From an uncultured Bordetella sp. (GTDB lineage: Bacteria; Pseudomonadota; Gammaproteobacteria; Burkholderiales; SG8-41): a stretch of DNA of 64,000 bases. The position numbers and the translations under genes were made by a program. The notes under the pieces were generated by a model. The model had not been told where the DNA came from and searched no databases. It was given only the letters and a program-made list of their open reading frames with translations. Location: assembly GCA_964486865.1 (NCBI GenBank), contig CAZAOZ010000010.1, positions 6,255-70,254 of the forward strand, written 5' to 3'. Positions 39,701 to 49,173 of the stretch are shown here, in pieces. Each line of letters opens with the position of its first letter. Positions within the stretch are counted from its first letter, which is position 1.

Positions 39701-41874
39701 AAGCGGACGTGAAGCATTCCCCCCATGCACACGCTCACGATCACGGACACGCGGGGCCTGCAGCGACCGCAGCCCAGTGGACATGCCCGATGCATCCGGA
39801 GATCCTGCGCGATGCCCCCGGCGACTGCCCGCTCTGCGGCATGGCGCTGGTACCTGTCGCCGGCACTGCCGAAGCGGACGACAGCGAACTGCGCGACCTG
39901 ACACGGCGACTGTGGATCGGCGCCGCGCTGTCGATTCCGCTGATCATCCTCGCCATGTCGCCGATGGTCGGCATCATGGAGCCCTTCGGCCTGCGGCCGC
40001 GAACGCGCGGCTGGATAGAGTTCGTGCTCGGCACCCCCGCGGTGCTGTGGGTCGGCTGGCCTATCCTGCGCAAATTCTGGCTGTCGCTGGCGCACCGCGC
40101 GCTCAACATGTATTCGCTGATCGGACTGGGCGTGGGGCTCGCCTACTTGTTCAGCCTGTTTGCAATTTTTCTGCCCGACCTGTTTCCGGTTGAATTCCGC
40201 GAACATGACGGCGCCGTGGGCACTTATTTCGAAGCGGCAGCAGTCATCGTGACGCTGGTGATCCTGGGTGACGTGCTGCAGTTGCGCGCCATGGGTCAGA
40301 CCAGCCAGGCGATCCGGGAACTGCTGCAGCTCGCGCCCAATCTCGCGTGGCGCCTGCGCAAAGACGGCACCGAGGAACAGGTGGCGCTTGAATCCGTCGT
40401 GGTCGGCGACCGGCTGCGCGTGAAGCCCGGTGACAAGGTGCCGGTGGACGGCACCGTGCTCGACGGTGCGAGCCGGGTGGACGAATCCATGCTCACCGGT
40501 GAGCCGGTGCCGGTGGCCAAGGCTGCCGGCGACCGGGTGACCGGCGCCACCATCAACGGCAGCGGCGCGCTGGTCATGCGCGCCGAACGCGTGGGTTCGG
40601 ATACGCTGCTCGCCAAAATCGTGCATATGGTGGCAGAGGCGCAGCGCACGCGCGCGCCGATCCAGCGGCTCGCCGACCTGATCGCAGCCTGGTTTGTACA
40701 GGTCGTGGTGGCGATTGCCGTGGTGACGGCGCTGGTCTGGTGGCTCATGGGGCCGGAACCGCGGCTCACCTATGCGCTGCTCAACGCCATCGCCGTGCTG
40801 ATCATCGCCTGCCCCTGCGCGGTCGGGCTGGCCACGCCGATTTCGATGACGGTGGCCATGGGCGAAGGCGCCCGCGCCGGCATCCTGTTCCGCAATGCCG
40901 AGGCCATCGAGCGCATGCGCGACATCGACACCGTGGTCGTGGACAAGACCGGCACGCTGACCATGGGCAAACCGGCACTCACCGATTTTGCCGCAGCCGG
41001 CATGCCGGAGAACGAGGCGCTGGCGCTGATGGCGGCGGTGGAGCAGTTGTCCGAGCACCCCATCGCACATGCCGTCGCCCAGGGTGCGCAAGCGCGCGGA
41101 CTCGTGCTGCAGCCTGCCACGGCGTTTGACGCCGTCAACGGCTTGGGCGTCCAGGCGGTGATTGATGGCCGAACAATCCTCGTCGGCAGCCGCGATTTCC
41201 TGAAGCGAAACGGCATCGATACGCAAAGCTGGGAAGCGCAGGCGGAGAAACTGCGCGCCGAGGCCAAGACGGTGGTCTTCCTTGGCATGAACGGCACCGC
41301 CGCCGGTATCGCGGCAGTCGCCGACCCGATCAAGGACAGCACGCCCGAGGCCATTGCCGCCCTCAAGCGCTCCGGCGTGCGCATCGTGATGCTGACCGGC
41401 GATTCGCGCCGCACTGCCGAGGCGGTCGCGCGCCATCTTGGCATTGACGAAGCCCTGGCCGAGGTGCTGCCGGAAGACAAGGCGGGACATGTCAAACGCC
41501 TGCAGTCTGCCGGCCACAAAGTCGCCATGGCCGGCGACGGCATCAATGATGCCCCGGCTCTCGCCCAGGCCGACGTCGGCATTGCGATGGGCACCGGCAC
41601 CGATGTCGCCATGGAAAGCGCGGGGGTGACTTTGGTAAAAGGGGATTTGCGCGGCATCGCCCGCGCTGCGGTGCTGTCACGCGCCACCATGCGCAATATC
41701 CGGCAGAACCTGATGTTTGCCTTCGGTTACAACGCGCTGGGCATCCCGATTGCCGCGGGCGTGCTGTATCCCGGGTTCGGCATATTGCTGTCGCCCATAT
41801 TCGCCGGGGCCGCGATGGCGCTCAGTTCCGTTTCCGTCGTGACCAATGCCCTGCGGCTCAGGCGCAAAGGGTAA
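39697..41874 (+). CDS. copA: P1B-type copper-translocating ATPase
   Basis: 725 aa from ATG 39697. His-rich start plus a CPMHPE...CPLCGM N-terminal metal-binding domain. TM CPC motif [24 protein letters not shown] and GDGINDAP. Confidence 0.9.
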   Translation: MKADVKHSPHAHAHDHGHAGPAATAAQWTCPMHPEILRDAPGDCPLCGMALVPVAGTAEADDSELRDLTRRLWIGAALSIPLIILAMSPMVGIMEPFGLRPRTRGWIEFVLGTPAVLWVGWPILRKFWLSLAHRALNMYSLIGLGVGLAYLFSLFAIFLPDLFPVEFREHDGAVGTYFEAAAVIVTLVILGDVLQLRAMGQTSQAIRELLQLAPNLAWRLRKDGTEEQVALESVVVGDRLRVKPGDKVPVDGTVLDGASRVDESMLTGEPVPVAKAAGDRVTGATINGSGALVMRAERVGSDTLLAKIVHMVAEAQRTRAPIQRLADLIAAWFVQVVVAIAVVTALVWWLMGPEPRLTYALLNAIAVLIIACPCAVGLATPISMTVAMGEGARAGILFRNAEAIERMRDIDTVVVDKTGTLTMGKPALTDFAAAGMPENEALALMAAVEQLSEHPIAHAVAQGAQARGLVLQPATAFDAVNGLGVQAVIDGRTILVGSRDFLKRNGIDTQSWEAQAEKLRAEAKTVVFLGMNGTAAGIAAVADPIKDSTPEAIAALKRSGVRIVMLTGDSRRTAEAVARHLGIDEALAEVLPEDKAGHVKRLQSAGHKVAMAGDGINDAPALAQADVGIAMGTGTDVAMESAGVTLVKGDLRGIARAAVLSRATMRNIRQNLMFAFGYNALGIPIAAGVLYPGFGILLSPIFAGAAMALSSVSVVTNALRLRRKG

Positions 41875-41911
41875 TGCTCAGGGTCCCGGTGCGGCGCGAT
41901 ACCAGCACATC

Positions 41912-42631
41912 TCAAGGAACAGTTGTCAACAGGTCCGGGCTCACCACGCAAGAGCGCAAACGCCCGACATCCGGAATCCGCACCCGCTGCCCGTCAACCT
42001 CGATCAGGGCGGCGGACGTCAGTTCATGCAGGATGCGCGAGAAATGTTCCTGCGTCAGGTTAAGCCTTGAGGCGATGATCCCCTTGCGTGTCGACAAGGT
42101 GACTTCGACTGCGCCGGATGCGCCGGTCTCGTCCGGAATCTCGTGCAGCAGATGGCTGATGACGCGCTGTGTGCCGGAGAACAGCACATAGCTTTTGATG
42201 TCGTGGGTGCGACCGCGGACCCGCTGCGCCAGCACCCGGATGACGCGCATGGCGAGATCGCCGTTCGCCGCGATTTCCCTGAGCAATGCCGTCCGCGCCA
42301 GCAGCACCAGTTGCGAATCGATGATCGCCTCCGCGGCGACCTGGTGCGGCTGATCCAGAAACAGCGCGGACTCGCCGAAACTGGCATCCGCACCAATCAC
42401 ATCAAACACCTTTTCGTGGCCATTGCCGGCATGCAGCAGGAGTTTGATCTGGCCGCTGACCACAACATGCAGCCCGGCACAGGGATCGCCCTCGCGAAAC
42501 ACGATGTGCCCGCGGGGCGCTGTCAATAACGCCGCACCGCCGGCCAGCCGGCCACGGGTTTTCGCATCCAGCCCCTTGAACAGGGTCATCCCGGCCAGCG
42601 CATCCGCGATACTGGTCATGGCAGCCGTCAT
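41912..42631 (-). CDS. Crp/Fnr-family transcriptional regulator (no N-terminal Cys cluster; Dnr/Nnr-like)
   Basis: 239 aa. cNMP-binding fold plus HTH IIASRLNLTQEHFSRILHEL. Paralogue of 60547..61269. Confidence 0.85.
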   Translation of the reverse strand: MTAAMTSIADALAGMTLFKGLDAKTRGRLAGGAALLTAPRGHIVFREGDPCAGLHVVVSGQIKLLLHAGNGHEKVFDVIGADASFGESALFLDQPHQVAAEAIIDSQLVLLARTALLREIAANGDLAMRVIRVLAQRVRGRTHDIKSYVLFSGTQRVISHLLHEIPDETGASGAVEVTLSTRKGIIASRLNLTQEHFSRILHELTSAALIEVDGQRVRIPDVGRLRSCVVSPDLLTTVP

Positions 42632-42748
42632 GAAACGTCTTCCTCCTTGCGCGTTGCAGCAACCACAATATCAGGGTGGACATATCAGCTTTTGATCCAC
42701 GTCAAACATGCGCCTCGACCAATTGCAAGGAAATCCTGTATATTTTCT

Positions 42749-42762
42749 TTGATCTGCATCAA
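42749..42762. promoter_or_regulatory. perfect FNR-type box TTGATCTGCATCAA upstream of the mto operon
   Basis: Centre lies about 82 bp upstream of the mtoD-like ATG, in the divergent region shared with the Crp/Fnr gene. Confidence 0.6.
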
Positions 42763-42837
42763 AGCATTCTGATTACAGGCCTTTTATGCTGCATCTGCGT
42801 AAAAGTGGCTTTACCGCACAGCAAAGGGAGCAAAAGA

Positions 42838-43182
42838 ATGAATAGCAAGAGCTTCTTGATGACCGCAGGCAGTCTGTTTTTCGTCATCGCCATTACTGCC
42901 TCCACCCGTGCCGCCGACGTCGATGCCGACGCCGCACAGGCCCTGGCCAAGAAAAGCAACTGTCTGAAATGCCATGCGATCGACAAGAAAAAAGATGCGC
43001 CGTCCTTCAAGGAAACCGCCACAAAAAACAAGGGCAAGGCCGACGCCGAGGACAAGATCTACAAACACCTGACCACCAACCCCAAGGTCAAGGTTGACGG
43101 CAAGGAAGAAACCCACGACTCGCTGAAAACCAAGGATGACAAGGAAATCCGCAACGTCGTGCGCTGGATCCTGAGCCGTTGA
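42838..43182 (+). CDS. mtoD: periplasmic monohaem class-I cytochrome c (MtoD-like)
   Basis: From ATG 42838: signal peptide and a single CLKCH haem motif. About 114 aa. Confidence 0.6.
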   Translation: MNSKSFLMTAGSLFFVIAITASTRAADVDADAAQALAKKSNCLKCHAIDKKKDAPSFKETATKNKGKADAEDKIYKHLTTNPKVKVDGKEETHDSLKTKDDKEIRNVVRWILSR

Positions 43183-43207
43183 CCGCGCATCCCTGGGAAA
43201 AACAAGG

Positions 43208-43822
43208 ATGATCCGCAAATGGTGGAAAAACCTGCAGGAGCGCTGCAAGACCTGCTCCCGGGTCACCCTGACCGCAGGCGTGGTCATCACCGCACTGGTC
43301 GTCGCCGGCCTGTTGATGACCGCCGGTGCCGCCGGCCTTGCCTGGACCAACACCGAGCAGTTCTGCATCGGCTGTCACGAGATGAAGGACAACGTGTACG
43401 CCGAATTCAAGGGCACCATCCACGATACCAACCGTTCCGGCGTGCGCGCCATCTGCTCCGACTGCCATGTGCCGCGCGAGCCGGGGCCGATGCTGGTACG
43501 CAAGGTCAGCGCCACGTTCGAGCTGTGGGGACATTTCGTCACGGGCGTGATCGACACCAAGGAAAAATTCCAGGCGCATCGTCCCGCAATGGCCCACCGC
43601 GTGTGGGAGCGCATGCTCGACACCGATTCGCTCGAATGCCGCAACTGCCACAAGCGTGATGCCATGAGCGCGGACAAACAGTCCGAGAAGGCGCGCAGCC
43701 GCCACGCCAAGGCGCAAAAAGAGGGTCAGACCTGCATCGAATGCCACTACGGCATCGCCCACGGGGAGCCGGACGGCATCGGTCCGCAGGAACTCAAAGA
43801 GGCACGGTTGAAGAACAAGTAG
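43208..43822 (+). CDS. cymA: NapC/NirT/CymA-family membrane-anchored tetrahaem quinol dehydrogenase
   Basis: 204 aa with an N-terminal TM helix. Four CxxCH motifs: CIGCH, CSDCH, CRNCH, CIECH. Confidence 0.85.
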   Translation: MIRKWWKNLQERCKTCSRVTLTAGVVITALVVAGLLMTAGAAGLAWTNTEQFCIGCHEMKDNVYAEFKGTIHDTNRSGVRAICSDCHVPREPGPMLVRKVSATFELWGHFVTGVIDTKEKFQAHRPAMAHRVWERMLDTDSLECRNCHKRDAMSADKQSEKARSRHAKAQKEGQTCIECHYGIAHGEPDGIGPQELKEARLKNK

Positions 43823-43877
43823 CGGTAATGGACAACGCGGGCTCGCCCGCACATCGTCAACAACGAGGTACGACGAC

Positions 43878-44840
43878 ATGAAACCAGGATCTGCGATCAT
43901 CACCCTGCTGAGAAGCTTGGCCTTTGCCGCGCTCCTCGCCTTCACATCACAGGTCGCCGTTGCGCAGGACGCGGCAAAAGCGCCGCGCAAGGACATGGTG
44001 CTCAAGGGCGACGCGCAATGTACGCGCTGCCACGACGAGACCGAAGAATTCCCGGTGCTGGCCATCGGCAAAACCAAGCACGGCACGGTGGCCGACAAGC
44101 GCACGCCCACCTGCACCAGTTGCCACGGGGCCAGCGAAACCCACGTCAACAAACCTGCCAACGCCAAGGAGCGTCCGAAGCCCCAGCGCGTATTCAGCAA
44201 AAAAGGCGACACACCGCCGGAAACCCAGAATGCTGCCTGCCTGACCTGCCATCAGGGCGGCAAGCGCACGCACTGGCAGATGAGCCTGCACGCCAGCCGC
44301 GACACCACCTGCACCTCCTGCCACCAGGTGCATACGGGCCACGACAAGGTGCGCGACAAGCAGCAGCAGGCGGAAGTCTGCTACACCTGCCACAAGGAAC
44401 AGCGCGCGCAGATGTTGCGCCCGTCGCGCCACCCGGTTCCCGAAGGCAAGGTGACCTGCTCCGATTGCCACAATGCGCACGGCTCGGCAGGCCCGAAAAA
44501 CCTGGTCCGCGATAACGTCAACGACACCTGCTACACCTGCCACATGGAAAAACGCGGCCCCTTCGTCCGCACCCACCAGCCGGTGCAGGAAGATTGCTCG
44601 ATCTGCCACAACCCGCACGGGACAACCACGCCGAATCTGTTGAAGACCCGGCCGCCGTTCCTGTGCCAGCAGTGTCACGAACCCGCCGCACACGCCAACA
44701 ACCCAGGAGTATTTACAGCCCCCGGTGCCACCACCTCAACCGCCAACCTGGTGGCGCGGGGCTGCGTGAACTGCCATACCAACATTCACGGCACCAACAA
44801 TCCGATCAATGCCACCGGCGAACGGGTGTTCCGTCGCTGA
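43878..44840 (+). CDS. mtoA: periplasmic decahaem c-type cytochrome (MtrA/MtoA/PioA family)
   Basis: 320 aa with signal peptide. Ten CxxCH motifs counted: CTRCH, CTSCH, CLTCH, CTSCH, CYTCH, CSDCH, CYTCH, CSICH, CQQCH, CVNCH. Confidence 0.85.
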   Translation: MKPGSAIITLLRSLAFAALLAFTSQVAVAQDAAKAPRKDMVLKGDAQCTRCHDETEEFPVLAIGKTKHGTVADKRTPTCTSCHGASETHVNKPANAKERPKPQRVFSKKGDTPPETQNAACLTCHQGGKRTHWQMSLHASRDTTCTSCHQVHTGHDKVRDKQQQAEVCYTCHKEQRAQMLRPSRHPVPEGKVTCSDCHNAHGSAGPKNLVRDNVNDTCYTCHMEKRGPFVRTHQPVQEDCSICHNPHGTTTPNLLKTRPPFLCQQCHEPAAHANNPGVFTAPGATTSTANLVARGCVNCHTNIHGTNNPINATGERVFRR

Positions 44841-44860
44841 CCGGTAGACAGGAGACGATC

Positions 44861-46879
44861 ATGAACAAACATGCACGCTGCGCGATCCGTCTGACCGCAA
44901 TCACCGCGGCCGTACTCGGGGCTTTCGGGCCGGCTGCTGCTGCCGAAGACGACGACATCAAGGCGCTGACCAAACCCGAAAGCAACATCGAGTTCGGCGT
45001 CGGCATCACGGATAACGACGGCAAGCGCTTCGGCCTCTACAACGGCATGAACGAAAACAAGACCTACGGACTGCTCGGCGGCAGGCTGATCCGCCGTGAC
45101 GACGACACTGGCACCTGGCTGACGCTCAGCGGCAGCAACCTGGGGCTGGACACGCGCCAGTTGCGCTTTGAACACAACCGCCAAGGCAACTGGGGCTATT
45201 TCATCGAGTATGACGAGATCCCGCGCTTCAATCCCTACACCGTGAACACCGGACTCACCGGCATCGGCAGCGCTACCCAGACCCTCGGCAACGGCACCAC
45301 CCCCCGGCGGGACGTCGATCTGGAAACCAAGCGCAAGGCCATGACTCTCGGTTTCAGCAAAATACTGCCGACCGGCTTCGACGTGCAGGTGCGTTTCCGC
45401 AATGAGGACAAGGACGGTTCTCGGCAATGGGGTCAGGGCACATCGAACACCGTCAACTTTCTGGTCGATCCGATCAACCAGACTACCCGCCAGCTCGACA
45501 TCATCCTGGGATACACCAGCGAAAAACTGCAACTCTCCGGCGGTTATTACGGCACAACATTCGACAACAACGATGGCGCACTGAATATCCCCAACAGCAC
45601 CGTGTTCACGCAAATGGCGCTGCCGCCCGGAAATCAATCGCATCAACTGTATTTGTCCGGCGGCTACAGCTTCACGCCGACCACGCGCGGCACCTTCAAG
45701 GTGGCCTACGCCAAGGCGACCCAGAACGAGGCCTTTATCAACATCCCGACGCTCAACAACCGTCGCGACCTCGGCGGCGCCATCGATACCACGCAAGTAC
45801 AAATGGGCATCACGGCGCGCCCGCTGCCCAAGCTGTCGCTGCTGGGCAATCTGCGCTTTGAGGACCGTGATGACCGGACGCCGATTGTCCAATACACCAC
45901 CGCCGGTAGCTCTCTGAACGGCAATAACGAACCACGCTCCATCCGTACGCTGGCCGGCAAGCTGGAGGCCAGTTACGCCCTGCCCATGAACCTCCGGCTG
46001 ATCGGCGGCGTCGATTACGAAGAGAAAAAACGCAACACCAGCCCCGTGCGTATCGTCAGCTACCGCGACACGACCGAGGAAACGACCTACCGCGCGGAAC
46101 TGCGCCGTTCCATTTCCGACACGCTGACCGGATCTCTCAGCTACCTCTACAGCGACCGCGGCGGCTCGGATTTCATTACGACGACCCAATTAAGTGGAGC
46201 GGCCGGCAGCAACCGGATTGCACCGATTTACCTTGCCGACCGCGAACGCCACAAGGTGCGTGTAACCGCCAACTGGCAGGCCACGGAAAAGCTGTCCCTG
46301 CAGTTCAGGGTGGACGATTCGCATGACAACTATGGCCAGCGCCCCGGTAACGGCGTCACTCCTGCCGGAACCGCCTTGGGTCCGCAAAAAGGCCAAGCTA
46401 CGGGGTATTCAGTGGATGCCGCGCTTGCCCTCAATGACCGGTGGCAGGCTACCGCCTGGGCATCCCGTGACGACATGCGCTACGAACAACTGTTCCGCAC
46501 GACGGTCTTTTCGTACAAACAGCGCAACCTCGGTGATGCACTCGGCCTGGGCATCCGCGGCAAACCTTACAGTTGGCTGGAAGTCGGCGCGGATTTCAGC
46601 CAGTCCGACATCACCGACGAAAACCGCCAGCAGGCGCTGGCCGGCGCCGCGATCAATGTGATTCCGGATATCGCCACCAAGCTGACCAAGCTCAAGCTGT
46701 TCGCGAATTACACTGTGAAAAAAGATATCACCCTCCGCGCCACCTACATCTACGACCGGTTCAGCACGGACGACTGGACCTGGGACCGGTGGACTTACTC
46801 GGACGGCACGCGGGTGATGGCCAGCCCGACCCAGGAAGTCCATTTCATTGGCTTCACCATCAACTACCGCTTCCGTTAA
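44861..46879 (+). CDS. mtoB: outer-membrane beta-barrel porin partner of the decahaem cytochrome (MtrB/MtoB family)
   Basis: 672 aa from ATG 44861 (GGAGA upstream). Signal peptide ...AFGPAAAAED. Alternating beta-strand pattern and C-terminal ...FIGFTINYRF aromatic terminus. The track's upstream extension to 44594 overlaps mtoA. Confidence 0.8.
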   Translation: MNKHARCAIRLTAITAAVLGAFGPAAAAEDDDIKALTKPESNIEFGVGITDNDGKRFGLYNGMNENKTYGLLGGRLIRRDDDTGTWLTLSGSNLGLDTRQLRFEHNRQGNWGYFIEYDEIPRFNPYTVNTGLTGIGSATQTLGNGTTPRRDVDLETKRKAMTLGFSKILPTGFDVQVRFRNEDKDGSRQWGQGTSNTVNFLVDPINQTTRQLDIILGYTSEKLQLSGGYYGTTFDNNDGALNIPNSTVFTQMALPPGNQSHQLYLSGGYSFTPTTRGTFKVAYAKATQNEAFINIPTLNNRRDLGGAIDTTQVQMGITARPLPKLSLLGNLRFEDRDDRTPIVQYTTAGSSLNGNNEPRSIRTLAGKLEASYALPMNLRLIGGVDYEEKKRNTSPVRIVSYRDTTEETTYRAELRRSISDTLTGSLSYLYSDRGGSDFITTTQLSGAAGSNRIAPIYLADRERHKVRVTANWQATEKLSLQFRVDDSHDNYGQRPGNGVTPAGTALGPQKGQATGYSVDAALALNDRWQATAWASRDDMRYEQLFRTTVFSYKQRNLGDALGLGIRGKPYSWLEVGADFSQSDITDENRQQALAGAAINVIPDIATKLTKLKLFANYTVKKDITLRATYIYDRFSTDDWTWDRWTYSDGTRVMASPTQEVHFIGFTINYRFR

Positions 46880-46960
46880 CGGTTACCACGTCAACCTTCG
46901 GGGCCTGTCCTACTACTGCCGCCGGCCGTAACCCCCTCCGGCGCGCAGTAAGGCCCATTC

Positions 46961-46987
46961 CAGCCCGTATCAGCGGGCTGTTTTTTT
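46961..46987 (+). terminator. Rho-independent terminator after mtoB
   Basis: cagcccg-tatcag-cgggctg followed by TTTTTTT. Confidence 0.7.
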
Positions 46988-47047
46988 GTGTGGTTTTTGC
47001 GCGGTATTTGACAGCCCCGGCGCAACCCCGAAGAATAGGCGCCGATC

Positions 47048-47770
47048 ATGCAACGCCGCGACTTTATCCGCGCTTGCGCCACATCCTGCGCCGCCTCTGC
47101 ACTGGGCATGAGCGCGGAACATGCCATGCCCGCAGCCGATGCCCGGCCGCGGCAATATGCGCGTACGCAACTCGTTGACGGCGGCGGCCGGCCGCTGCGC
47201 GCATCGGCACTCACGGTCGGCGAAAACTATGTCTTCCATTATCCCTTCGAAGGCACGCCCTGCTTTTTGCTCAATCTGGGCAAACCCACCGTGCAGAACG
47301 TCGATCTCAAAACCGGGGATGGCGCCGCCTATCAGTGGCCGGGCGGCGCCGGGCCGCAGCGCGCCATCGTCGCCTACTCGGCCATCTGCTCGCATCAACT
47401 GGCCTATCCCACCAAACAGATCAGCTTCATCAGCTACCGCGACCAGTCCACCGCATCCAAAATCAGCAAGCCGCGGATGATCCATTGCTGCTCCGAACAC
47501 AGCGAGTATGATCCCTCTGCCGGGGCGCGCGTGATGGGCGGGCCGGCGCCGCAGCCGTTGTGCACCATTCTGCTCGAACATGACCGCACCGGCGATGCGC
47601 TGTTTGCCACCGGTACGCTGGGCGGTGAAATGTTCAATACATTTTTTGCCAAATACAACATGCGCCTGGCGCTCGAACACGGATCTTCGAACCGCGCACA
47701 GCAGCGGGTCAGCGGCAGCACCACCGTCACCGCGCTGGCGCAATTCTGCAGGCAGCAGGTGCGTTGCTGA
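47048..47770 (+). CDS. Tat-exported Rieske [2Fe-2S] protein
   Basis: 240 aa with Tat signal MQRRDFIRACATSCAASALG. Rieske ligands CSH ... CCSEH, with the extra Cys of the disulfide-type (bc1/AioB-like) Rieske domains. Confidence 0.75.
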   Translation: MQRRDFIRACATSCAASALGMSAEHAMPAADARPRQYARTQLVDGGGRPLRASALTVGENYVFHYPFEGTPCFLLNLGKPTVQNVDLKTGDGAAYQWPGGAGPQRAIVAYSAICSHQLAYPTKQISFISYRDQSTASKISKPRMIHCCSEHSEYDPSAGARVMGGPAPQPLCTILLEHDRTGDALFATGTLGGEMFNTFFAKYNMRLALEHGSSNRAQQRVSGSTTVTALAQFCRQQVRC

Positions 47771-47839
47771 AAACATCAATAAAAATAACGAGTTACATAT
47801 GCACGCCGCAATCAAGCATTTACCCAAAGGAGATTACTG

Positions 47840-48358
47840 ATGAAACGCACGATCATTGCCGCCACGTTGCTCGGCCTCACCGCCGGCTGCGCCGGAACCG
47901 CGGAGCACAAGGAAGTCAGCGCCACTGCCACTCTCGAACCGCGCAGCGGCAGCAAGGTGATCGGCAAAGTCACATTCACCCAGGCCGGCCCGGACATCGT
48001 CCGCGTCAGCGGCCAGGTCAGTGGCCACAGCAAAGGGCCCAAGGGGTTTCACATCCATGAAAAAGGCGACTGCAGCGACGCCAAGGGCATGAGCACCGGC
48101 GGCCATTTCAATCCCGGCAAGCACAAGCACGGCGGCCCGTATGATCCGGTGCGGCATGCCGGCGATCTCGGCAACCTGAATTTCAACGATCAGGGCGTCG
48201 CCAGCTTCAACTTTGTCGTCGGCGGCATTTCCGTCAGCAGCGACAAGGCGGACGACATCATCGGCCGCGCAGTCATCGTGCATGCGGATGTGGATGACCT
48301 CAAGACCGATCCCACCGGCAACGCCGGCGGACGCGTCGCCTGCGGCATCATCAAGTAA
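47840..48358 (+). CDS. sodC: periplasmic Cu,Zn superoxide dismutase (lipoprotein)
   Basis: 172 aa with lipobox LTAGC. Motifs GFHIHEKGDC, GGHFNP, HAGDLGN and GNAGGRVACGII. Confidence 0.9.
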   Translation: MKRTIIAATLLGLTAGCAGTAEHKEVSATATLEPRSGSKVIGKVTFTQAGPDIVRVSGQVSGHSKGPKGFHIHEKGDCSDAKGMSTGGHFNPGKHKHGGPYDPVRHAGDLGNLNFNDQGVASFNFVVGGISVSSDKADDIIGRAVIVHADVDDLKTDPTGNAGGRVACGIIK

Positions 48359-48361
48359 CGC

Positions 48362-48406
48362 CTGCTGCCGGATTACCGCCGCGATCTCCGATCACGGCGG
48401 CAGCAG
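48362..48406. terminator. candidate hairpin between convergent sodC and the membrane-protein gene
   Basis: ctgctgccg (48362-48370) pairs with cggcagcag (48398-48406), with an inner ccgccg/cggcgg stem. Confidence 0.35.
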
Positions 48407-48416
48407 AGTTCAGGTT

Positions 48417-49172
48417 TCAGTGACGGATCAATTCAGCCAGGCCCGGAGCCAGACGGCACAACAGGCTGTCCGGCTGCAGTGCCACCGGCTGCAGCACATG
48501 CAACATGCCGTAGATTCCCACCGCGGCAATGACCGCGCTGACCGCATAACGCGCGGGCCGGTTCTGCAGCCAGCGCCGCGCACGCGTCACGGCCGCGCCG
48601 ATCAGCAGCAGATTGGGCAAGGTACCCAGACCGAAGGCGGCAAGGATCAGCGCGCCCTCCGCGGCATCACCTGAGGCGAGCGCGGTGAGCAGCATTGCAT
48701 AGACCATGCCGCAGGGCAGCCAGCCCCACAACGCGCCCAGTCCCAACGCCTGCCATGGCGACGTCACCGGCAAAAAATGACGGGCGGCAGGCTGCAAGCG
48801 CCGCCACAGAAAACTCCCGGCGGCTTCCAGGCCCTGCGCCACCGGTTTGACGCCGGCGACGTTGAGCGCGACCACGATCAGCGTCGCCCCCATCAGGAAC
48901 ATCAGCACATGTTGCGCCAGCGCGCCGCCGCGCAACGCCATACCGCCCTGCCCCAATGCGCCCGCCAGCGCGCCGGCAGCGGCATAGCTCGCGATGCGTC
49001 CGGCGTTGTATATCAGCAGGAATCGCCAGCGCGGCGATTCACCGGCGCTGTGCGGCGCACAGGTCATGCCGACAATGCCGCCGCACATGGCGGCGCAGTG
49101 CGCACCGCCCAGCAGGCCTGCGGCGAACGCGGTGAGCAGCATGGCCTGCATCCAGCCGCTCATGGACCACAC
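48417..49172 (-). CDS. DsbD_2 / TauE-SafE-like membrane protein (HCxxMCGG motif) of the kind found with cco/fix accessory genes
   Basis: 251-aa polytopic ORF with LLGGAHCAAMCGGIV near the N-terminus. 1-nt gap after hemN. Confidence 0.6.
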   Translation of the reverse strand: MWSMSGWMQAMLLTAFAAGLLGGAHCAAMCGGIVGMTCAPHSAGESPRWRFLLIYNAGRIASYAAAGALAGALGQGGMALRGGALAQHVLMFLMGATLIVVALNVAGVKPVAQGLEAAGSFLWRRLQPAARHFLPVTSPWQALGLGALWGWLPCGMVYAMLLTALASGDAAEGALILAAFGLGTLPNLLLIGAAVTRARRWLQNRPARYAVSAVIAAVGIYGMLHVLQPVALQPDSLLCRLAPGLAELIRH

Positions 49173-49173
49173 T

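Noticed and set aside
44594-44860. Upstream extension of the mtoB ORF, giving 761 aa in the track.
   Set aside because: The extension overlaps the 3' end of mtoA in another frame and translates to Pro/Arg-rich sequence. ATG 44861 has a GGAGA Shine-Dalgarno and starts a proper signal peptide.
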